A stretch of DNA of 64,000 bases from Raillietiella orientalis. Its lineage: Eukaryota. The stretch spans positions 1,302,001 to 1,366,000 of the forward strand of contig JAYWIR010000030.1 of NCBI GenBank assembly GCA_036172245.1, read 5' to 3'. Made by a program: the position numbers and the translations under genes. The notes below the pieces were generated by a model. It saw nothing but the letters and a program-made list of their open reading frames with translations, had not been told where the DNA came from and ran no database searches. Positions 11,751 through 26,194 of this stretch are shown here, one piece after another; the first letter of the stretch is position 1; every line of letters begins with the position of its first letter.

Positions 11751-11879
11751 TGGATTCATAGGGTGGTTCCCTCCGGAGTTACTCCCTGATTTGTAGAGTC
11801 ACATGCTCCTCCGAGTGTCGTGGAAAAGAGCTTCGTGACCGTCCTCCCAAGGGAGCGAACGAAATTCAACGAGCCAAAA

Positions 11880-14800
11880 GGAAAGAAGAAGGACAAGAAA
11901 TAAATAAAAAAACGATGAGGGATAAGGAGGGGTCTTTGGCAGCGGTCGATCTTCCCTCTCTGCAGCCTTTTCGAGTTCTCTGGAGACTTCTCGGAGCAGG
12001 TGGGGACACCGGTCCTCACATGAAGGTGGGCGACTGCGAGCGCAGCTTCAGGACGGCGCGACCCGCCATCGCCAGTGGCCAAGCCACGCGAAGGCATGTC
12101 GCACTCGAGGGAGCGTCGCAAGGGATCCTTCGCAGTTATCCCCCGGGTGCGACAGCTTCCTTGCCGGTTTCTGGAGGTGTCGTGGCACGAAAAACCAGTT
12201 TTTGGAAGCGATTCGATCGTCCTGCACGTCCGGTAGGTGACTTCCCAGAGGCGGGGCGCAGTCGCTCTTGGCACCGGAAACCCCAGCGCACAAAGAGCAC
12301 CGCTTGGTGACCTCCACCTCCAGAGGAAGCGCCGAGGCCACGTAAGGGGCAGGGATCACCAGCTCTGCAGGAAACTCAATGAAAAGTCCTGTTCCCTCCC
12401 CCCTCCCTTCGATGCAGTCTCTTGGCCGGAAACCGAGGAGTGGAGGCGCCCACTAGGACTCCCCTCGTGCGCCAGTCACCATCGCTGGAGTTTGGTCACT
12501 CTCGCGATGGTGCAGGGGAATTTTCACCCTTCCGGCTGGCCACCGTCGTTGCTTGCCTTCGAGGCAGGCAGCAGTCCTGCAGCGCCGGTTTCACTCTTCC
12601 TCATAAGGAAGAACGGATGGTAGGTGTTAGGAGGTGTCCTCCTGTCATCCATGCAGACCTTCCTGGTTGGTGATAAGGATTCCAGCGATTGTAAGAGGGT
12701 TGCTGGTGGCGGCAACCCGAAAAGCGCTACCTTGTTCCTTCGTAGGGTTATTGGCTGGAGAATGCGACCCGCAGCGTCGCCAGAAGATGACGCCATCCTG
12801 CGTTCCGCAGCTGCCGGGAGGTGGCGGTCCAGAGAGGACGCTTTTCTGACTGCATCCAGTGATCGGAAGGATCCGTCGAGATACCGCCGACAGCGGGTTT
12901 TTCCGACGACGACAGGAGTGACGTCGAGAGTGGCTGGAGCCGAAGGGCTTCTGAGGTCGCGCGTCTCCGGAGATGCATCCTGGCCGCTTGAGGTCCCCTT
13001 TCCTTCCCTCCAGGGCCCATCAATGGGAATGAAAGGCCGCAGCCGTAGAGCGCCTGCGTGGATGCCAGTATCATGCAGAGAGCGACAGCAGCAGGGAAGG
13101 GGCCAAGAGACCCCTTGGGTTCTCGGACGGAGGGCGCGTCGCTGGGGGCTGGCGGCTTCGGGCCGGCAGACTCCAGGAGCTTCCCCTCCTTCCTCCCCCC
13201 TTGGTGTCCGTCCCGCCTCCGGGCATCTCACCTCTCGGTAGCCGGTGGGACGACCAGCTGGGCGAAGCGAGATCGCCGCCGCAGTGGGTGGCGTCGGGCT
13301 GACCATATGTCAGGATCTATCCGTTCTCTCCCCATCCGAGGAGAGCTCGGGAGAGAAGCGAAAGGGGCGAAGGACCGGAACGTAGAGAGAAGCCCTCAAA
13401 GTTCAAACCCTTTTCGCTAGAGGAAAGCGCCGCTCGAGGGAGACGGGAGCGGAGAGGAAAAGGATCGAAGAGCGTTAAAAAGCAGTCACCACAAAGGCCG
13501 GCACGTCTCCGGCGACACATCCAGGATCCCCTGGAAGCCTCTCACTCCACACACGCACCGGCAAGGAGAGTCTCGCGGTCAAACACGGTGTCCTCGGAAA
13601 CGGGAAGCGTGGGCGGCGGAGGGAGGTCCATGCACAGGGACGTTGGAGCCGAGAGAAAGAAAAGCCGCCCTCCGACGACCCGAAGCACCCCTAGGAAGGT
13701 CAAAGCCGAAGGAGGAGATTCCGGTCATCACGAAGTAAAGAAAGTTTGCCCGCCGCCAGCCTCGAGGCTCGAAGAGGCTCGAGTGGTCGATTTTTTTCGA
13801 TCCCGGAGGAACGCGGGTGACTTCCGGTCTCTCCAGGAGGGAGCGCGCGCGAATGGGACGCTTCGTTTCCTGAGCTCCACAAAAAGCCCCAGAGAGGGAG
13901 GGAAGAGGAAGGGGAAGAGCTCTTCCCACTTGTGCGGGTGCCGGCCGCTCCTGGAGAAGTGCGCCCCTCCTCGCGCGCACCTCGTTTGAAGGCTCTATCG
14001 GGCCGCCGCCGCGGGCAGAGTCCATGCCAGAGGAGGCTGTCAGGGAAACCGAGAACCTCCGTGTCAGGTCTGGCGCCATCGATTTCTCCATCGGAATGGA
14101 GAGGCCCCCAAGGAGTCAGCGGGAGCGCCGCCTCCCTTGGTCTCCGCCTCGCTCTCCCGCGAGGTGGAGTGCAACGCTGCCTCCGCAGCGAGCGCGAGGA
14201 GCCGTAGAAGCTTACTGTCTGTTCAGGATGGGGGATGCGGTATCCAGGAGACGGGGAGGACAATGTGAGCAGCAAACTAATTTCGATAGACCTCCTATAT
14301 CTATCTGCAGATCTCTTCATTTCTTTTGTCTCATTCCGGAGCTTTCGGCATCCGAAGGCCCCGAGCTGCTTGGGGAGGGGAGACGCCGGGCAGGGCCTGC
14401 ATCCCCTTTCGGCTCAGAAAGATGGACAAGCGGAGGGGGGAGGGAAGGGGGAAGGCAAGCTTCGGTTCCGCGTCTTGGAAGAAACGTCGCCGTGACGCGC
14501 GCGCGAGCGTCAGTTCGCTGTCTTTTTTTTTTTGATTCCAGTCGGGAGGAGGAAAGGGGTAAAGAACGGGAAAAAGGGAGTGGGGCCGGGGGCTTGTCCT
14601 CCGAAGAGAAGATGCAAGGACTAGTCGAGGGATCCTCTCATGGGAACTTCGAGAGGGGAGATCTGGAAGAGATAGAACGCAGCACTAAGTAATGGTCCAT
14701 CGTGGTGGACCCTCCTCCCAGCGGTGATATGTGACGCAAAGAGGCTGGCGAGGAGCGGGATGTCTCCTTTACACGGACGGGGCAGTGCTGCGGTCGCTCC

Positions 14801-15060
14801 TCGCGAGTGCGACCTCCCCGACTTCGGGCTGCCACTGAGTCATCGGATGCCCCTCCAGCCGGAAGAATAGGCGCAAGGGCACCACCTTCGGGGCTGCTGC
14901 TGCTGCTGCTGACAGCGGCACAGCATCCCGATAGAGCGCCGCGCTGCAAGAAGCAACTTTTCCGCCCGATCGGAGGGCAGAGCGCTATCTCAGTCCACGC
15001 TCGCTGCATCCCGACAAAGATGGAAAACTTCTGGCAATTCCGGAAGTTTCCGTGCACGAT
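11880..15060 (-). mobile_element. Long decayed L1-clade element (ORF1 knuckle, APE endonuclease, RT and C-terminal relics)
   Basis: Colinear minus-strand relics: KSCFLQRGALSGCC (~14.9 kb, knuckle-like), GAQETK (~13.9 kb), GYREVRCP and LSLSA*Y (~13.2-13.1 kb, RQGCP/YADD-like), RRYLDG, RKSETGAAGL, ALP..KRCSLC and a T-rich 3' UTR near 11.9 kb. Many frameshifts. Confidence 0.5.
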
Positions 15061-15299
15061 CCTGGTTACGGCAGTCTCCGCAGATTGCCCCTGAAGTTCC
15101 AGGCTGCAGGGGGAGGATGAGTGTTCGATTTTCGCAAAATATTCCCTTTTTTTTTCTTTTTTTATCTCGCCGCCATCTGTTCTTGGAGCCTTAATGTCTG
15201 CTTGCCCTTACCGGACCTGGCCCTGAAGATAACCTGTCATTTCAAAAAATACGGTCATCCCTTGAACAGCGCTTCCGCAACCGCAGCCGCTGAATCTTC

Positions 15300-16440
15300 T
15301 CCGACTGCTGGGGTTTCCATTTTCCACCCTCCGCGGGAAACCCACGAGCACCTACGAGCGATTTGCAAAGATGAAGACCAGCATTGGCTCCAGTAGCTCC
15401 AGCCCGGCCCAAAAAGATGGCCAGGAGCTGGGTTACCCACTGACGCGTACCGGCGCGTCATCTCCCCCTCAGGGAAGCGGCCGCCGACTGCGATGGACCA
15501 GCGAGCTTGCTTTCTCGCAGCCACCGAAGCCCTATCACTTCCAGTTCCGGAAAGTGTCGCTGGTCCAAAGTTTGCTGACGCTGCAACGCCGACGACCTCT
15601 GCTCAAGGACTTCTCCGGCACCCCAACCGAGGAGCTGGAGATGCTCCCGATGACGGCAGACTCCCAATGCTCTCCTTTCCCTGAACGGGTTGGCTCCCTC
15701 CTCCAGCGGGAAGGAACAGAAGCGCGAAAGCCTCGACTGGTCGACCGCTTCCAGCTCTTCTAGAGGATCTTCGGGCGAACACCATCGGGAGGTCACGGCT
15801 ATCGGATGCGCTTCCGGATGGGTGAATGAAGAATCGTCTCGAAGTCTTCGCCGCCTCCGGTCCGGGTTCTAAGGCCAATGACCCCTCCCTGAAGACGTCT
15901 CTGGCATGCTGACGTTGCATCAGGGACTCTCGTTCCCCTCCATCACTGGACGAAAGGGAGGGTTGCATCGAACTGTTCCGAGTGCTTCCCCTTCCAGCCT
16001 GCTAGGGCATTCCGTCGCCCTGCGGGCAAATTGGGAACGCTTTTTCTAGGTCCTTCCCTACCCACCTGGTGGACGACTCTCTCCGAACGTTCTTGAGCCC
16101 TTCTTTGTGCAAAGCGCCTTGCCGCCTCTGCTGTCTGAACGGTGTCATCGCTGCAAGATGCGAGGCCGAGAGCGGCCGCAACTGTTGGGAGCTATCTTCT
16201 TCCCCATCAGGTTTCTGTGAATCGCGTGGAGGCTGACTCACCTAGGAAGACACAAGGGAAAGCTCCCTGGCATCCTGCAAAGGATGGAGATGACCCAGCC
16301 CCACGGACTATGATTCCCTCGCCCACCTTTCTAGGACTGCAAACAGTTCTTTTTGTTTTCATTTTTGCTTCATTTTTTGCTCACCTCCCCCCCTTCCCTG
16401 CTAGTTATGGACCTCGTCAGCAACGAGGACTGTTGTACTC
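15300..16440 (+). mobile_element. Tx1/L1-like ORF2 3' fragment, diverged subfamily
   Basis: Contains catcactggacgaaaggg (HHWTKG), NCSEC and the shared ggcatcc...gatg ORF end followed by a T-rich UTR, as in the 26 and 38 kb copies. Confidence 0.7.
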
Positions 16441-16799
16441 CTTGGAACCGCTGTATGTTGATTTTTGACAAAGAAACGCCCCGGGAGATAATTCTGGCAA
16501 TATGCTGAATCTGCCGGTGGTAGGTCGTTTAGAATGCTGGAGGTGCGGATGGCACCTCTAGCGCAGAGCACCATCTGATCTCGTTGTGAAAGACGATGAT
16601 TTACAGCATTCACCAGCGAGATCTCATCCGTGGCAAGACAACCTAAGTCGTATTGAAATTTCGCCTATTTTTGTAGACGAGCATGACGGGCATTAAACAA
16701 AAGTGGTGCTTCCAGCTTCCTCGACCCTCTTCTACCTAAAGAGCAAACCGTTCCGAGATCTTGTTCTTTCATTCTCAGCCCGACTAATCCATCAATCAG

Positions 16800-17300
16800 G
16801 ATCCGCCTTCAGAATTCCCCAAGCCATCGGAAAAGTTCCTCAGGCTCACGCCTTCAAATAAATATGCCACAACCTTGATCTTTCAGTAATCGAGGGATCC
16901 TATGCCAGAAAATTCCACATCTTTGAGGCAGATCGAAGCGGAGGTACTGAGGAGTTGTTTGACTTCGCCGTTGTTCTGCGTTGCCTGTGCCAGCAACGCT
17001 CGTGCCCAGAGATACCGTATTGTGGAGATGAATGCCAAAGTGAGTTTCGTGGAGAAACGTGCCAGGTCTCAGGAGACACGAAGGTCACTCGCCTCATCCT
17101 TCGCTTCTTGCGCTCATTCCACCTTCGAAGGCGTGTTCACCTTGCTGCTTGGGCAAAATTCTTTGCGCTGCTATAGAGCTTTCAGGAATTTTTATGCAGC
17201 AACCGATAAAAAAAATCCATCGAGGAATTCCATCCCTCCTTGTGGACTCCATCAAAGCAATAAGAGAGGCCGAGGTTCTTCGGCGCTCTTTCCTTTGCTG
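16800..17300 (-). pseudogene. Protein-like relic, possibly a bunya-like L fragment
   Basis: The minus frame ARFSTKLTLAFISTIRYLWARALL resembles the TK...RY motif of bunyaviral L. Several stops; weak. Confidence 0.18.
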
Positions 17301-19859
17301 GTTTTACAAACTGTTGGCTTCGGTTGCAGAGCCGGACAAGCACTCATTTCGAGAATGCATGTCAAGTTCTTGAGAGAATCACTGAGGGTCACTGAGGTCA
17401 CGTGGGTTTGAATCTGATTTCTGAGGGGCATTTGCTGTAATCAATACTAAGTGGCACCCTGGTCCTAACCATTAGGGGACAAATGCTCTTCAGCCGGACC
17501 GACAGCGTCCCATTTAGAAAGGTGAAAAAGAGAGAGAACAAACAAACAAATAAATAAATGCAAAATTAGTTGTGCATGCGGTGTCCCGGGAAAAGATGGA
17601 TAGATATCAAAGATATATGACATCGTATAGGAAGAAGGAAGGGATTCAGTTCAGAACTCTTTCAGGAGATTGTGACAAGGCGTCCTGTGCGGCCAGCGTC
17701 ACTGACTTTCTTTAACACGCTTACAAGAGATGCGACTCCCCTGAAAGTCCAGCTTGCATTCGGCAACTGAGAGAATGATCCTGGTTTTCGGGAGGTTTGC
17801 TCGGCAAATGGCCAGCTCGTGAAGACTGCAGCAGAAAGGTCAAGGCCACAAACGTCCTTCGACAAGCACGACGAGACACCTACCGGAAGTGGGAAATTCG
17901 GACGGAAACTTTCTCTACGAGGCAGCTCGGTGGCAGAATTCCCATGCTGGTGGCCTCGTAGTAGGATAAACTTGTGGGTGTGTTTGGATTCACCTCCAGT
18001 ATGCACCTCCGTTTTTGCACAGTTCTCCGATCCAAGCTGCTCCCATCAGGGAATGAAAATTTCCTCACGAGAAAGGATTTCTTACAAAGACCCCGTAACC
18101 ACGTGTCTACCGAAGAGTTGCTCGGGCGAAGCATCCATACGGGATCAACCCAGACTGGAGCAGGACGCCATAAGGCGACCATACGATTCCTTCCTGGGAG
18201 TCTTCTCTTGTCAACGAGGATGTGCATGAGGTTCCCGCGTCATCTACAGCCGTAATAAAGTGACATCATCAAAACATCACCAGAAATAATTTACTTCGCG
18301 TCCTTAACCGGCCCTTAGAAATGAGAGTTCGCGTGAGAAACGTGCGAATAAGTTCGGTGCAGCAGTAGGTGATCGTCGATTTTTAAACTGAACTTTTTTG
18401 ATTCTCCGTTCTCAAAGGTCATAAACATCTCGGGGCTCACTCCATGAGATCGCTCTCATTCCATTGGATGCAACATTTGGGGGTTAGTTCCAGATTAACC
18501 ACTGTTGGTAAGCTGATGCTTACACCAGACAAAGACCGTTTCATGCCAGCAGTGTCATCTGCAAGAACAGCACATGTCGGTCGTAGGCGCATGGCGCATC
18601 AACGAAGACTCGCTTCTTTGCTTCAGCAATTCGCATGCTCCCGTTTTTCTCCCATTTCACAGAAACAGCCGCGAGCTGCGAGCAAGAGGTGAACAGCATG
18701 GCGACAAGGAAGCGGAATCTGTGAGCGTGAGATCCGCGTTTCAACGAATAACAAACCATGGTGGTCTCGGTGGTTAACATAACATCGGATACATCTGGAG
18801 AAAGGGGTGCAGCGGAAGCAAGGCTAAACTCTGGGAGGGAGAACCTAGAGATGCTAAACTCTGGGGATTCTAGAGATGTCGCTCTTATTTTAAATGTCTC
18901 ATTTCCCCCCCTCCCCTCTTTTCTTCCGGTATCAGCAACACTTCTCGCTTCGTATTCCTCGCACTTTGAAAATGTTTCCTTCCTCTATCCGAGCCCTCTT
19001 TTCACCTCCAAGACATTTCTTTTCTCTTTGCATTGGATAAGCTACAGTCATCCTCTTAAAAACTGTATCCTCGCAAGAAATTCGTTGGAGATCCGAAATG
19101 ACCGAGTCTGTGCGCCTACTTTGCCAGCATGGATGCAGCTAGGTGGGAGATCAGAAAAGCATGGGTCGCATTGCTTCGATGGGTGCGTATAGGCAATGCG
19201 GTATGTGAGATGATGTCTCCGTGTGTGAAAGCGCGATTGGCTTCGGATCGGTGAATGAATCTGTGCCATTCCCAGGAATTCAAATTCCACGGTTTCAGCG
19301 TTCAGGAGGTAGATGCCATTTTGATCTGACGCGTGAGAGCAAGCTCTCGCATCCGTGTGCAAGGTCCCACACTGCTGAGTGAGCATCCCGCTTTCTTTCT
19401 ACACAAAACCTTCCGCCATTTTACTACTCTTGGACTCCTGTCTTCAAGATTCTACCTAAGAGGCAGAGATCATCAAGATATATTGCATCCTCTCACAGAG
19501 GGATTTTTCACATCATTTACATCCACTAGTAATGTTTGTAGATAGCTCATTCGCCGTAACTGCATCACTTCTTTCCATAACCAGTGGTTTTTCCAAAAAA
19601 AATCCAGCTTTAACAGGATCACTCTTGAGGACACATCCCACTGATTATCAACAAAAACTTAAGTTGCTGCTGCAGATACACTGAGGATTGATTCGGTCGT
19701 TTGTAATGCAAACGACAACGAGCAAGCTCAGCGTGTGAGTAGTGTCCACGACTTCATCTTGCGATTCCAGGGTTCCGCAATGGGCTTTCTCCATGGGCTT
19801 CGTGAAACTGAAGCCCATGGAGATTTCTCCGAAATTCGACCCAGGTCCAGCATTTTAAC

Positions 19860-20080
19860 ATCAGTTCCTTTGACCACGACTCCACGAGGAAGCTCCATCC
19901 AATGAGTGCGGGAAGCACGTCGTACGTGAGCTTCTTCGTCGATAGAAAGCTATCAAAGAAGACCTTCCCGACTGATTTCTTAGAGAAGAGGTCAGTCCGG
20001 AAAGGAGGTCCCCCCGCCACTCCTGTTGATTTACCGTTCGCTCCATGGTTGTTGCGTCTGTAATACTAAGAGGTGGGAAA
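19860..20080 (-). pseudogene. Candidate Mononegavirales-like L fragment
   Basis: PPFRTDLFSKKSVGKVFFDSFLSTKKL resembles the remembered PRFLSEFKSGTFLG....SLFQNSRTI segment. By eye. Confidence 0.22.
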
Positions 20081-23000
20081 ATGTACGTTGGGATGGAGTA
20101 GGAAATAAGTAGCCATGTACAGATTGAGCTCACGTACAGATTCTTTTATAACATCGAATCGAATGGTATTCTACAGCATTCCCGTCCATCATCACGCATC
20201 AACTCATTTGCCACAACTACTCGTCCTTCTGATCCACAGTTCATTCGACAACCAGCCGCCATCCGAAAGAACATTCTGGAACCACCGTCTTTCACTGCTC
20301 TTAACTCAATCACGTGTCCTCAGCAGAATGGACAGGACTCACCAGGACTCGAGGCTCCCAGGAGAGCGTCTTTGGAATGAAAAACTGTTCCTGAGAAGGA
20401 AAGTGAAGCGGTAAATTGCAACTCGAACTTCGGAGAGGGGAAGAAAGATGCGTAGGCTGAGCTGAAATCAACGAAAGGAAATGCAATGCATTGTGCAGGC
20501 TGAATGGAAACATTTAGTGGCTGAATGAGGGAGAAAACGATGGGGATGGCCCTCGTCGTGCTCTTTCATCGGGACCAGGAATGATGCTAAATAAGAAAAT
20601 GCACAGAAAGACGTGAGGAACCAAACGTCGGTGCCTGTGGTTCCTTGAAGCTCCAGTAGGAAGGTCGAGATGTCGCTTTCTCCAATCGGCCTTCACGATG
20701 GGTGCATATCAACCTTGCACTCTTGGGACCGTGAGAGCTCACGTCCTTGTCCTCTTGCAGAATGGCGATGCGGGAAGTTGGCCTTCCTCGTCAGGCAGGG
20801 GTTACCACAGCGCTGCTAACGCAACACGATGCAGTCAATGCAGAGGCGGATGACGACGCCTGTGACGTGAAGGGGGGGGGGGGGGGGAACGATTATCGCT
20901 ATAGCAAAAGCTGAGGAATTCAACTGCTGCTCTCCAGAGCCATTGTGCGTGCCTCGGGCAGCGTTGCGGTCTTCCGCATTGAAAGGTTTGACGCGGGAGA
21001 GAGACCAGTCGAAGTTTCCACCGCAGGCATCTCGGTGGAGCTGTCACCGTCTGCATTGCATCTGAGGAGGAAGAAGGAACTGCTCACCCGTAAGCTAGGG
21101 AGACACCACCGATCTGCGAATTCCGTTGCCAGTTCAGATGCACCCGCTCCGCAGAGGCTTCATCCCTTCCCCTACTGGAATCTTCCATGCACACAGCGCT
21201 TCATCTCTCTCTCCAGGATAGAAACTCTTTCTTCATTGGAGCGCATGCAGAGTTTCGGGAGGAGTCGCAGAAGATGAGAAGTTTCACTTTTTGCCTGTCC
21301 TCGATGGAGGAAAGGAATGGAAACCTCGCTGGGTCTGAAGGAAGGGAATTCAGTTTTCATCCTGAGGCCCTGCGTTGCGAAAACACAGCAACCTCCTGCC
21401 ATGCTCATATTCCGTGGGGCGCAAGTGGGTGCATCCGCTGGGTGCTCCTATGGCAGATCTGTACTTTTTCGAATCAGAAAATAAAGGGTAAGAAAAAGGC
21501 AAGGACCCAAATCCTTAGGAGAAAAAAACAACGGGGCTCACCGAAAACCACAGTGGTTGTCAGCATCCACGAATGATCAAGAACGTCCACCATCTTCCAT
21601 CACCCCTCATTTCTCAGCTGCGTACGCAACATGTTGGCCACGATCGTGAAACCTTCATCAGAGTGAGAAGATGGCCTCAGGGGAATTAGCTAGTTGAAGA
21701 GTTTGTCGCTCCTGGCAGGCTGCCAAGGATGCGATTCTCGACCCAATGATTCTCTCTCGCTTTTCTCGTTCCAATTCTTCCCCATCTCCCTTACTATTTC
21801 CACAGAGCCATTTGCACCTCCAGCTAGAGCTCCCCCCCCCCTCCGAACAGACTGCATTTCTAAGAACGAGTTCCCATTTTGTATGCTTACTTATCTGTAG
21901 ACGACTAAATAAAATAAAATGTTTAGCCAGGAGCGTCTTCCTGATTGCAAGAATTTCGGGAACAGCGATACTCTTACTGGAGCTCTTAATCCTAAACGCT
22001 TCGACCCGGTCTTTCTCTATTTCTTCTATCAAGTGGTGACCTGACTGTTTACACAGAAACAAATCTGTAGCAACAGTGAGCGAGGTGATGAGGCTCGAAA
22101 GATCCTCAGCACGTCGCTGCAGGCCACACTGCACTACTCACGAATTTCTTCTTGAGCAGTGCAGTGGCGCCTGCAGCGGCAACCTCAACACCCTGCTGCC
22201 TGTGTGGCACGGTCGAGGCATGAAAAACGGTACCGAAAAGAGGACAGTACGATAGTAGTGTCATGCCCACGATCTTGTTCTTCAGATGGGACAAAGGACT
22301 TGCGGGATCAAGGGAGGAGCTTGCCTCCATCCTGCGCAGGCTGAGGAGGACTACTGGATCTTTTTTCCATTTCTTCATTTTGCCGCCCTTCTTTCGTTCC
22401 CTCACACAGACGTCTCTGGCCAGCCGGCTGGCACTTAGGCAGCAACTCCTTCCTTTTTCAGATTATCAAAGGACTGCCAAAGAGTCCTCTTCGTTTGCCA
22501 TTTCTGTTTACTGTTGAAATTTGCAATAAACGGCGAGCCCAGCGCGGCCTTTTCATGTCGGATTTCCGGGTCATCTATTGAAAATAAATAAGGAAAGTTT
22601 ACACAGCTGGAGAAGGATTGGTAGTGCGTGCCGGTCCGCAACCAGAACTCTACCCGCGGGATAGGGAACTACCAAGAATAAAGAAATATAAATACACAGA
22701 GAATGGGATGGACCGGTCTCACGGCAAAGAACGTTTTTTTCCGAGGGTCCGAGTTGGGCGGAGAGACGAGGTTGTAACCGTCCTTGCACCTCTCATCCCA
22801 GATTGAGCCACTTCATTGCCCCCTGGAGTAAACGGATGCAAACGGAGATAAATTAGTCCTTGGTCGTTCGAGTTTTCCATTCATCTGCACCCTCCGCCTG
22901 ACCTTTCTCAGTAGGCAGTCCCGAGAAGCCGTCCACTCTGGCAGATGACACCAGGGAAGGGCGTTTTTGGTGAAGTGACTCGTGCTCCAATGTCTCCTTC

Positions 23001-24469
23001 CCGTTTCCGGTCGTAGCGGGAGATCCTTCCACGAGCGAGGTCGCTGGAGATCTCAGCAGATCGGAACGTTCTGGACGCGGTGAGCACAGCGCAGGCCCCT
23101 CTTCGGAAACGCAGGTGTGACGGCAGTGCGCAGGTCCCGCATCAGCAGCGAGTGGAAGGGGAGAGAAACTCTTGGAAGGCAGGTCTGGCGCGCGCATGCA
23201 GGGCCCGATCGGTTCTCCAGGGCTGCCCTCGCGTGCTCTAGGAGACCAGGAGGAGAGAGGGCCATTGGATCGCAGCGTGGACTTCGCTTCCGGTACCGAG
23301 AGCAGGATCGATTCAGGAGATGCAAGCAGCCGGTCAACGGAACACCCGGTCCTCGATCTCCCACATGGAGCGATGTGGCCGGCCGGCGAAGCAACAGAAC
23401 GGATTCGTTCCCAATTTCCAGATCGACAGCAGCATGGCGATAATGTTATGAAGCCCTGCTAGGATAAATTATCGAGCATCGCCGAGAGATGGCGCAGCAT
23501 TAAGTTCGAGTTCGGGCATTAATCAAGCAGACTACGGAACCATGACAGGAGCTCCATCATTGCAGTATTAGGGAGATACTCGGGTACCATTATGCATGGC
23601 TGAAGCTCAACAGTGCCGTCATCATGGTCGAAGAAGAAGGGTACATTCGAATGCAGCAATAATTATGGCTCACTTAACAGCAGGACAACACGACATAACT
23701 CTTGACGAAATGGGGGGCATTCCATCACGGGGGGAACGATGTCTCAATTATGAAATTATCGGGGAAGCATTTGAGAAAGTGTTCCAGAAAATGTCCCGTG
23801 CTCGCTTCCTGCGCGTGTGGGCTCGGAACGTAAACAGCCGAAGCCTCTCGGAACGGAGAAGGCCGGAAGCGGCGCCGACACGCGAATGCGCGACCGGAGA
23901 AAGGGAACGCACGCGAAAACGCGACATGTCTTCCCCCTCCTTCTCCGGCAAAGTGCGGCCGACGGGGGTCTTCGCGGCGTGCACGCATCTGGCCGATGAC
24001 GAGCAGGAAGTAACGGAAAGGATAGAGCGGGAAGCGTGGCTCGGAAGAGACGCGATCTTCTTCTTAAAGCGCTCGAGGCACCAACGCTTCCACCGTTCCC
24101 CTTCCTCCTGATTCGGGAGAACTCGGAGGCTTACGTGGGCTTGAGAGAGGCACAAGGCAAAGCAGCAAAAACTATGGAACGGAGACCGCTCGGTGGCCAG
24201 AAGTGGCGAACCACCTCGAACACTTGCCGAAGTTCCTCCTAAATGAGCCCCCATTCGAATAGAAATCTTTATGAAAGAGCAGATCAAACCTCTTGACCCC
24301 TCACTGCATGCTCATCTCAGAAGGAATCATGAGCGACTCGAGAACTAAACACTGGACTGGTAACCTTTTCAACATGATATTTGCATGGCGTGTGGGGGAC
24401 AAGGAACTCTAACTCCAAGAGTTCATCTGCCCCACGCTGCTCCATGACTGGAAACACAAGAAGCGGAGA

Positions 24470-26192
24470 CGGATCCCAAGAGCAGCAAACGGGAACGCCT
24501 GGGGGGACAGGGGGCACTGGAGTCCTGGGTTGCCACTTTTCAGGTGCTCTCAGAGGAACTCTGTCCGCTACGGCAACTCTCCTCCTATCAAACCGCTGGG
24601 AGATATCCTGCAGGATTGGACTCAATGGACCCGGATAGTCTTTACTCCCCTTGCCGCAGCACTCTCTGCTCTCAGGGTAAACGATGACAGCAGCCAACCG
24701 GCAGGGTGAGAATTGTCCTGAAGAATTTCGGGAGTCCCGAAACTCTTGGGCGGCTGGAAGGACGAGCGAGTTGGAGGACGGCTCCACTCCTCGTTCCTGA
24801 GCGAAGGGACTCTTTCAGTGGAGCGACCTGCTCGGTTTATCACCCAGTCATGCTGAGTTGTTTACTACAAGAACATACATATGTAGATAAACATACATGT
24901 GTGGGGCCATCGGCCCCACATTATCCGACAATGCTGGGAACCTGCCGAGTAACCGGCACTCAGGCCGGCGAGGTTCGCCTCGGCAGCGGAGGGGAAGGGG
25001 GCAAACAAAAAGAAGAATAAAACAAAAAAATATATGCAAAAAATTGGAAGGGTTAGGGAAAGGATCATTGGGAGCTGGAGGGCGTCCTCTGCATCCTTTC
25101 CAGGATGCCGGCAAATTCATCCGAGTGTGTTCCAGGTGGGACCATCTTGCTACCGTCCTCATGAAGCGCAGGACACAGCAGATGGCGCCGTCCTCCTCTC
25201 GCGCCCTAGCTCCAGGCTGCCACGATCCTGCGTAGGCAGCAACAAAGAGCTGCTAGGGATGCGGCAGGCGAAAGGACATGGCGCACGAAGAGGCGCTTCA
25301 TCACATCCCTGGGATTGTCCGTCGATGCACCAAGGCCCGTTGCGTAACTCAACCACTGAGACCGGAGGGCAACACAGTCTACAAGCAGGTGAGGGAGCTG
25401 GGATTCCCGTTCACGGCTTAGGCAACAGTTGGGGCCCACAGCCCCCCAAGATCCAGTGGGATCAGCGGTCGTTGCACGGGAGACTCCAGTGCAACATCAG
25501 AGGTGCCGACTCTTGCCACTTCAGGGGGAGGACCCGGTTGTTCTTCAGCACTGGGGACCTCTCGAGGTCTTCCTGTAGCAGCTCACCCCAGCGCAATAAT
25601 TCCTTCGGTGGGACACTTGAGATCACAGCGTTCGTGAGCTGGCCTTTGGTCCAACCATCTAGTTTCCTCGTCTTCTGACTGACTTCGCAACTGGCCTCCC
25701 ATTTGTCCAGCTGGTTACTGCCCAGGTGCTCCCAGAGGGAAGGCAGTGCCGCGGCTAGGGAGGTTTTTTGAGTCCACGCACAGGTGTCGACCTGTTCGGT
25801 GTGCCCCCCTTAGAACTCGCAGTCCCCTCCCTGAGTGAGGACAGTCGCGTGTTTCCACCGCACGGAAACGGGATGTTCTGCTGTTTTGGCACTGGGGACT
25901 TCAGCTCAATCAGCTCAGACACCTGGTTTACGGAGGTTACCCTGGTTTACCTGGTCATTCCCAAAGAGTTTGAGGGCAGTGCTGACTGCAGTACCCTCGG
26001 TGACTTATGTCTGAGACTCGTCTCGGCGTTCCGCCACCCGGAGGGCACCACTTTGGATTTGCTGCGGTGCTTCTTCACGCAAGGAGGGTTTACGACAGAC
26101 GCCGTGGTTTCACACACGGATGCACCGGAGCATCTATTTCTCTTGCAGGAATCAATGAAGCCAAAAGGCTCACCGATGCCAATTATTACATT
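24470..26192 (+). mobile_element. L1-clade ORF2 C-terminal relic acting as host, split by the 24837-25787 insertion
   Basis: 24470-24836 plus 25788-26192 together match the reverse complement of the uninterrupted 38425-39240 segment. Confidence 0.65.
24837..25787 (-). mobile_element. Tx1/L1-like 5'-truncated insertion with a 13-bp target-site duplication
   Basis: TSD cgacctgctcggt (24824-24836) / cgacctgttcggt (25788-25800). Encodes GPNCCLSRERESQLPHLLVDCVALRSQW. 3' hairpin at 24900-24920. Confidence 0.85.
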
Positions 26193-26194
26193 AG

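Noticed and set aside
12524..14692. Long GC-rich ORFs (200-260 aa) as genes
   Set aside because: They overlap on both strands, are R/P/S/G-rich, and are explained by the GC-rich decayed LINE.
22850..23450. BEL/Pao pol relic (WEIE, FQEFL)
   Set aside because: The motifs are too degraded and scattered over frames to support a call.
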